Assembly: GCF_044324785.1 (NCBI RefSeq)
Contig: NZ_CP172127.1
Direction: 5' to 3' (one strand)
Source: Escherichia coli
GTDB lineage: Bacteria > Pseudomonadota > Gammaproteobacteria > Enterobacterales > Enterobacteriaceae
Length of the DNA stretch: 64,000 nt
Shown here: positions 58,701 through 64,000 of the stretch, one piece after another
How positions within the stretch are numbered: the stretch's first letter is position 1
How the letters are laid out: each line of letters opens with the position of its first letter
The notes under the pieces: model-generated
The model's input: the letters and a program-made list of their open reading frames with translations, nothing else
What the model was told of the DNA's origin: nothing
The model's database searches: none
Program-made: the position numbers and the translations under genes

Positions 58701-61700
58701 CCGTAATATTGCCTGCATTATCCGCCGTTGAGTTATCGATGGCTAACATGCCAATGCTACCGCGTCCATACATATCAATGACAGCACCTTCGGCATTGAG
58801 AACAGAGCCTTTATTATACGCCTCCATCCCCATCATGCTTGCTACGCTGTTATTAAACACGCGCTGATCCGTTGACCCCGTGAGTGCAGCCATATTAACA
58901 ACGCTATGTTGCTCCATTACTTTTGAGGTAATTACCCCTTTGTTTACTGCTCTGCCGCCGTTAGAGGTCAAGAAGGCCGTGTTATCTGGTTCCGGTGCTG
59001 GCGTATTAGTTGAGGCATAATCATACAGAGAAAGTGTGATATTCCCGTTATTGATACCTGTGGTATTTTCGCCAAAGATACCAGCAAAGCTGATATTCCA
59101 GATATCAACATTACCGTTATTTATAACCTCAGAGCTACTTTCTGCCTTTATAATCTGTGGTGTTTGTGCATAGTAATGATCATAATTTTCAATATCCCGC
59201 ATATTGAAAGTAGCTTCACTGCCAATCTCAATAGCTGCTTTATTTTTTAACTGGATAAGGCTTGCATATCCTAGTTGCAGATCACCACTGATCGTTGAGT
59301 CACCATTCAGATATATCTTCGATTCACCATCAATACCAATAAGTGGCGTATTACCGAAGAAAGTCCGTTTGTTAGCAATGGCTGAACCATCGGTCAGCGC
59401 ATTTATTTCACCAACAAATGCAATCCCGCCATTCAGATTGATGTTGTTACCATCACCGGAAACAATAAGACCAGAAATATTTTCCTGGCTACCGTCAAAA
59501 TTCGAGACATCACGTGTGGTAGTTTCACCATCCGCAACAAGCGTTAATTTACCATCCAGTGTCACATTGTTATTATGACCACTGACATTTACGCCCACGG
59601 AAGCGTCATAAAAATACTCTGCTGCATTGTCTGCGCTCTGATCTTTATCAACCAGAATATTACCAGTTATATCAATTGTATTGGCATCACCGGAGACGTT
59701 AATACCTGTAGCTTTCTGACCAACGACATTAAGATCCTGCATTGCCATTGTCAGGCTATTATTATCGCCAGTTAATGTCAGCCCTGTTGAAAAATCACCG
59801 ACCTGCATACTTCCCGCGAGGGAGATTTTCCCCTCGTCGCTGGTAATAGCAAATCCCGTCGCTGAATTGCTGACATCCACATCACCGGTATTGGCAAGTG
59901 TCGCGTTGTCGCCATTGATCAGTACACCGATCGAGTCTGCGTCCGTGACGGTCATATTGCCTTTGTTATCGACGGCGGCATTATCGCCAGAAATATCAAT
60001 GCCGTGACCGCCGCCGCTGACATCCAGATCGCCATCCTGGATAACTTTTCCGTTATTGCCGTTGATTTCCGTGCCGGTGGAGTCTTTACCGTCAACGGTG
60101 GTTTTGCCGCTGTTGTTCGCCGTGGCGTCGTCACCGTTAATCTGTGTACCGGTGCCGCCGTTGGTGATGGTGCTCTCGCCTTCGTTGTTAACAACCGCCT
60201 TGTCGCCGTCGATCTGAATACCGATGGACTCCGGATCGGTGACAGTCATGGTACCCTTGTTGTCCACCGTTGCGCTGTCACCGGTAATATCAATCCCGTG
60301 ACCGCCGCCGCTGACGTCCAGATCGCCGTCCTGGATAACTTTTCCGTTATTGCCGTTGATTTCCGTGCCGGTGGAATCTTTACCGTCAACGGTGGTTTTG
60401 CCGCTGTTGTTCGCCGTGGCGTCATCACCGTTAATCTGCGTACCGGTGCCGCCGTTGCTGATGGTGCTGTCGCCTTCGTTGTTAACAACCGCCTTGTCGC
60501 CGTCGATCTGAATACCGATGGACTCCGGATCGGTGACAGTCATGGTACCCTTGTTGTCCACCGTTGCGCTGTCACCGGTAATATCAATCCCGTGACCGCC
60601 GCCGCTGACGTCCAGATCGCCGTCCTGGATAACTTTTCCGTTATTGCCGTTGATTTCCGTGCCGGTGGAATCTTTACCGTCAACGGTGGTTTTGCCGCTG
60701 TTGTTCGCCGTGGCGTCATCACCGTTAATCTGCGTACCGGTGCCGCCGTTGCTGATGGTGCTGTCGCCTTCGTTGTTAACAACCGCCTTGTCGCCGTCGA
60801 TCTGAATACCGATGGACTCCGGATCGGTGACGGTCATGGAGCCCTTGTTATCCACCGTTGAACTGTCACCGGTGATATCAATGCCGTGACCGCCGCCGCT
60901 GACATCCAGATCACCGTCCTGGATAACTTTTCCGTTATTGCCGTTGATTTCCGTGCCGGTGGAATCCTTGCCGTCAACGGTGGTTTTGCCGCTGTTGTTC
61001 GCCGTGGCGTCATCACCGTTAATCTGCGTACCGGTGCCGCCATTGCTGATGGTGCTGTCGCCTTCGTTGTTAACAACAGCCTTGTCGCCGTCGATCTGAA
61101 TACCGATGGACTCCGGATCGGTGACGGTCATGGTGCCCTTGTTATCCACCGTTGAACTGTCACCGGTGATATCAATGCCGTGACCGCCGCCGCTGACATC
61201 CAGATCACCGTCCTGGATAACTTTTCCGTTATTGCCGTTGATTTCCGTGCCGGTGGAATCCTTGCCGTCAACGGTGGTTTTGCCGCTGTTGTTCGCCGTG
61301 GCGTCATCACCGTTAATCTGCGTACCGGTGCCGCCGTTGCTGATGGTGCTGTCGCCTTCGTTGTTAACAACCGCCTTGTCGCCGTCGATCTGAATACCGA
61401 TGGACTCCGGATCGGTGACAGTCATGGTACCCTTGTTGTCCACCGTTGCGCTGTCACCGGTAATATCAATCCCGTGACCGCCGCCGCTGACGTCCAGATC
61501 GCCGTCCTGGATAACTTTTCCGTTATTGCCGTTGATTTCCGTGCCGGTGGAATCTTTACCGTCAACGGTGGTTTTGCCGCTGTTGTTCGCCGTGGCGTCA
61601 TCACCGTTAATCTGCGTACCGGTGCCGCCGTTGCTGATGGTGCTGTCGCCTTCGTTGTTAACAACCGCCTTGTCGCCGTCGATCTGAATACCGATGGACT

Positions 61701-63459
61701 CCGGATCGGTGACGGTCATGGAGCCCTTGTTATCCACCGTTGAACTGTCACCGGTGATATCAATGCCGTGACCGCCGCCGCTGACATCCAGATCACCGTC
61801 CTGGATAACTTTTCCGTTATTGCCGTTGATTTCCGTGCCGGTGGAATCCTTGCCGTCAACGGTGGTTTTGCCGCTGTTGTTCGCCGTGGCGTCATCACCG
61901 TTAATCTGCGTACCGGTGCCGCCATTGCTGATGGTGCTGTCGCCTTCGTTGTTAACAACAGCCTTGTCGCCGTCGATCTGAATACCGATGGACTCCGGAT
62001 CGGTGACGGTCATGGTGCCCTTGTTATCCACCGTTGAACTGTCACCGGTGATATCAATGCCGTGACCGCCGCCGCTGACATCCAGATCACCGTCCTGGAT
62101 AACTTTTCCGTTATTGCCGTTGATTTCCGTGCCGGTGGAATCCTTGCCGTCAACGGTGGTTTTGCCGCTGTTGTTCGCCGTGGCGTCATCACCGTTAATC
62201 TGCGTACCGGTGCCGCCATTGCTGATGGTGCTGTCGCCTTCGTTATTGACAACCGCCTTGTCACCGTCAATCCGGATACCCATGGACTCCGGATCGGTGA
62301 CAGTCATCGTGCCCTTGTTATCCACCGTCGCACTGTCACCGGTGATATCAATCCCGTGACCGCCGCCGCTGACGTCCAGATCGCCGTCCTGGATAACTTT
62401 CCCGTTATTACCGTTGATTTCCGTGCCGGTGGAGTCTTTACCGTCAACGGTGGTTTTGCCGCTGTTGTTCGCCGTGGCGTCGTCACCGTTAATCTGCGTG
62501 CCGGTGCCGCCGTTGCTGATGGTGCTCTCGCCTTCGTTATTGACGATGGCCTTGTCACCGTCAATCCGGATACCCATGGACTCCGGATCGGTGACAGTCA
62601 TGGTGCCCTTGTTATCCACCGTCGCGCTGTCGCCGGTGATATCAATGCCGTGACCGCCGCCGCTGACGTCCAGATCGCCGTCCTGGATAACTTTCCCGTT
62701 ATTACCGTTGATTTCCGTGCCGGTGGAGTCTTTACCGTCAACGGTGGTTTTGCCATTGTTGTTTACTGTGGCATTATCACCCGTAATAACAAGCTCACCG
62801 TTGTGATTGTATTGCCACTTCGTTGCGCCATCTGCGCTCACCCCTTCAAGGGCAACAGTGTTATTTGCTTCATCAATCTGCCAAAGATTAATTGTTGCCT
62901 TACGACCACTGTTATCTTGCAGAGAAATAGTCCCGTCAGCATTCTCGGTATAAGTAAAAACTGAATCGCGAATAGTTAACGTTTTTTCTGTTTTATCGAG
63001 AATAACGTCATTATTAAACGAAATCGGTTTGGAAGGTGTAGGGGTATCATCCGGATCGTCCGGTATTATCTCATCTCCGCCTGGAGTTGGAGGCACTGGA
63101 GTATCGTCTGAATCATCATCGGGTGGTGTCGGCGGTACAGGGGCATTGTTGCGATGATGATGATTACCATCGTCGTTTAGTTCGACGACCGCCAGCGCGG
63201 TGATTAATGCAAAGGCACCAGAGGCAACCCACGGCATAAGGTTTTGCTGTACTTGTGGAGAACATTCGGGAGGTATTTGCTTTAACGCTTCCGGAGTCAG
63301 CATGTCAGGGTCTGCCGGACAAGTCACATTGGTATTTTTCTTTTCGCCTGTGGCCGTTTCTGTCTCTGTAATATCAGCCGCCCACCCCTGACCACTCAGA
63401 GCTAATGCAATACAGGCTGATAATAGGGTTTTCCTTTGCATAATAAATCCTTCTGACAA
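55774..63459 (-). CDS. ydbA: Giant autotransporter adhesin-like protein YdbA, uninterrupted
   Basis: 2561-codon ORF. Signal peptide (MQRKTLLSACIALALSGQGWA; the start may be the internal ATG at 63441), Pro/Asp-rich linker, repetitive passenger domain, and a C-terminal beta-barrel region ending in F. Confidence 0.9.
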   Translation of the reverse strand: MSEGFIMQRKTLLSACIALALSGQGWAADITETETATGEKKNTNVTCPADPDMLTPEALKQIPPECSPQVQQNLMPWVASGAFALITALAVVELNDDGNHHHRNNAPVPPTPPDDDSDDTPVPPTPGGDEIIPDDPDDTPTPSKPISFNNDVILDKTEKTLTIRDSVFTYTENADGTISLQDNSGRKATINLWQIDEANNTVALEGVSADGATKWQYNHNGELVITGDNATVNNNGKTTVDGKDSTGTEINGNNGKVIQDGDLDVSGGGHGIDITGDSATVDNKGTMTVTDPESMGIRIDGDKAIVNNEGESTISNGGTGTQINGDDATANNSGKTTVDGKDSTGTEINGNNGKVIQDGDLDVSGGGHGIDITGDSATVDNKGTMTVTDPESMGIRIDGDKAVVNNEGDSTISNGGTGTQINGDDATANNSGKTTVDGKDSTGTEINGNNGKVIQDGDLDVSGGGHGIDITGDSSTVDNKGTMTVTDPESIGIQIDGDKAVVNNEGDSTISNGGTGTQINGDDATANNSGKTTVDGKDSTGTEINGNNGKVIQDGDLDVSGGGHGIDITGDSSTVDNKGSMTVTDPESIGIQIDGDKAVVNNEGDSTISNGGTGTQINGDDATANNSGKTTVDGKDSTGTEINGNNGKVIQDGDLDVSGGGHGIDITGDSATVDNKGTMTVTDPESIGIQIDGDKAVVNNEGDSTISNGGTGTQINGDDATANNSGKTTVDGKDSTGTEINGNNGKVIQDGDLDVSGGGHGIDITGDSSTVDNKGTMTVTDPESIGIQIDGDKAVVNNEGDSTISNGGTGTQINGDDATANNSGKTTVDGKDSTGTEINGNNGKVIQDGDLDVSGGGHGIDITGDSSTVDNKGSMTVTDPESIGIQIDGDKAVVNNEGDSTISNGGTGTQINGDDATANNSGKTTVDGKDSTGTEINGNNGKVIQDGDLDVSGGGHGIDITGDSATVDNKGTMTVTDPESIGIQIDGDKAVVNNEGDSTISNGGTGTQINGDDATANNSGKTTVDGKDSTGTEINGNNGKVIQDGDLDVSGGGHGIDITGDSATVDNKGTMTVTDPESIGIQIDGDKAVVNNEGESTITNGGTGTQINGDDATANNSGKTTVDGKDSTGTEINGNNGKVIQDGDLDVSGGGHGIDISGDNAAVDNKGNMTVTDADSIGVLINGDNATLANTGDVDVSNSATGFAITSDEGKISLAGSMQVGDFSTGLTLTGDNNSLTMAMQDLNVVGQKATGINVSGDANTIDITGNILVDKDQSADNAAEYFYDASVGVNVSGHNNNVTLDGKLTLVADGETTTRDVSNFDGSQENISGLIVSGDGNNINLNGGIAFVGEINALTDGSAIANKRTFFGNTPLIGIDGESKIYLNGDSTISGDLQLGYASLIQLKNKAAIEIGSEATFNMRDIENYDHYYAQTPQIIKAESSSEVINNGNVDIWNISFAGIFGENTTGINNGNITLSLYDYASTNTPAPEPDNTAFLTSNGGRAVNKGVITSKVMEQHSVVNMAALTGSTDQRVFNNSVASMMGMEAYNKGSVLNAEGAVIDMYGRGSIGMLAIDNSTADNAGNITVDTLWIDDNDTTSLRTDLPGATAKDYGVGMATGTDTGGGARNNAIATNLEGGVITVYNAGAGMAAYGNSNMVINQGIINLEKNADYDANLGSNTLVGMAVYKGATAINDQTGVININVDTGQAFYNDGTGIILNYGEINLNGAEIDSADSHYGAPAENLELLSELSASGENITKTVTRDGFVTIKPLANYGTEILNGDVDANLWLYNEDKASLTVNGDLNIVQGLENSGSMDVDKLTANASVYNRASGSMTTELLMLKGGSAFFNEGSFSGVISGDSYKQNVVNTGEMTTATDGSALINGSFVLYNEAGSTLTNSGNAIAGGENAIVNITRTSDSLSQVNRGKIIATNGYSAIKTASTGSNSNGKWIWNTENGVINGINPDAPLIDLGRGYNFANAGTINVQGDGSVAISGGTTSYTVQLVNSGTINVGTEQGKADGSNGEGLIGIKGNGSATTINNTKDGVINVYADNSWAFGGSTKAIVNNGIINLLCNIGCEIYAPNTTGTRNSQDGTADIIVPVASATPGQGNVPAAPVNAVSQQKLTNYTIGTNSDGSSGTLKANNLVISDNVKVNTGFSAGTADTTVVIDDVFKGENISGAENITSSSVVWNAKGSTDASGNVDVTMSKNAYTDVATDASVNDVAKALDAGYTNNELYTSLNVGTTAELNSALKQVSGSQATTVFREARVLSNRFSMLADAAPKVGNGLAFNVVAKGDPRAELGNNTEYDMLALRKTIDLSESQTMSLEYGIARLDGDGAQKAGDNGVTGGYSQFFGLKHQMSFDNGMNWNNALRYDVHNLDSSRSIAFSNTNKTADTDVKQQYLEFRSEGAKTFEPSEGLKVTPYAGVKLRHTLEGGYQERNAGDFNLNMNSGSETAVDSIVGLKLDYAGKDGWSASATLEGGPNLSYAKSQRTASLAGAGSQHFNVDDGQKGGGINSLASVGVKYSSKESSLNLDAYHWKEDGISDKGVMLNFKKTF
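59900..62760. repeat. Tandem in-frame repeats inside ydbA: about 10 copies of a 294-bp (98-codon) unit
   Basis: Protein unit GKTTVDGKDSTGTEINGNNGKVIQDGDLDVSGGGHGIDITGD…NGGTGTQINGDDATANNS recurs about ten times. Alternate-frame shadow ORFs recur at exactly 294-bp spacing (60246, 60540, 60834, 61128, 61422, 61716, 62010, 62304), several with identical translations. Confidence 0.9.
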
Positions 63460-63924
63460 ATATAAAGAACGCCAGAATTCATAAAGATCATTGAAATCAA
63501 CAACCCTTACAAATATCTGACTGTAAAATATTCAAAAAATATATGATAAGCATTCTATATTGTCAGCAGTACATTATTCAACCTATTTTGTTGATGTTTC
63601 CTAAATATAGATGCGGTGAATGTATAACAACATAAAAACAATATTTATATATGATTAAAAATCTTCTCAAGACAATAATAATTTCGATGTTAAATTCGCA
63701 CAGAGAATATTATTAATGTTGATTATTTGTTGGGGTTATTTATTTGATGAGCAGCAATTCACTAGAGTTGCAAACGCCTCTCTTGTAAGACATTCATCTT
63801 TTCTCAGGAATGCCGATGTAATCGGTGTGCTCCTTTGCAGCAACACGCTGCTCTATGATCTTGTTAACTAATACCCTATTTTTCACCGACTACTACCAAA
63901 TGGTGTTTGAACTACCGTTGCATG

Positions 63925-64000
63925 TTATTTCCGTATCCACATACCATTTATGCCCTGCACGTATTCACCGGGTTTTGCCTTTTCCAACAGCTTCGTCCCT
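63925..64000 (-). CDS. Possible 3' end of a minus-strand CDS running off the right edge; identity unknown
   Basis: Open minus-strand frame over 24 codons (…KLLEKAKPGEYVQGINGMWIRK*) ending at TAA 63925..63927, in sequence with coding-like GC content. Too short to identify. Confidence 0.3.
   Translation of the reverse strand, partial: GTKLLEKAKPGEYVQGINGMWIRK

Noticed and set aside
60004-62964. Series of + strand and alternate-frame minus-strand ORFs (80 to 300 aa) recurring every 294 bp
   Set aside because: Shadow frames of the ydbA tandem repeats; their Ala/Thr/Pro/Arg-rich translations are artefacts of a Gly/Asp/Thr-rich coding frame. The periodicity is a coding repeat, not a CRISPR array (no short spacer-repeat architecture).
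63543-63635. 30-codon + strand ORF in the ydbA upstream region
   Set aside because: No SD, AT-rich promoter region, opposite strand to the flanking genes; most likely fortuitous.

Overview
This window reads as an Escherichia coli chromosomal segment, colinear with the K-12 ydbA-to-yncH region but in reverse-complement orientation. Gene identities rest on my recognition of the translated ORFs and on remembered K-12 synteny; no database search or alignment was possible. I annotate about 57 protein genes, including the ynbABCD operon, hrpA, aldA, gapC, trg, opgD, tehAB, the ydcSTUV-patD transporter operon, curA, yncD and ansP. There are two toxin-antitoxin loci (hicAB, hokB/mokB), the sRNA rydC, and several hairpin terminators. 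The content looks non-K-12: ydbA is an uninterrupted 2561-codon autotransporter gene carrying about ten 294-bp tandem repeats, gapC is full length, and there is no IS609 between ydcL and ydcO. Three places do not match the K-12 backbone as I remember it and are the best candidates for something new. (1) An AT-rich insert between ydcF and hrpA carries a translationally coupled pair: a SUKH/SMI1-KNR4-like immunity-type protein and a 99-aa unknown, preceded by a possible 16-codon leader ORF. (2) An AT-rich insert between yncL and patD carries a Vat/CatB-like hexapeptide acetyltransferase. (3) The left edge holds the 5' end of a T6SS vgrG gene where K-12 has the rhsE remnant. Whether any of these is truly undescribed cannot be decided from sequence alone.
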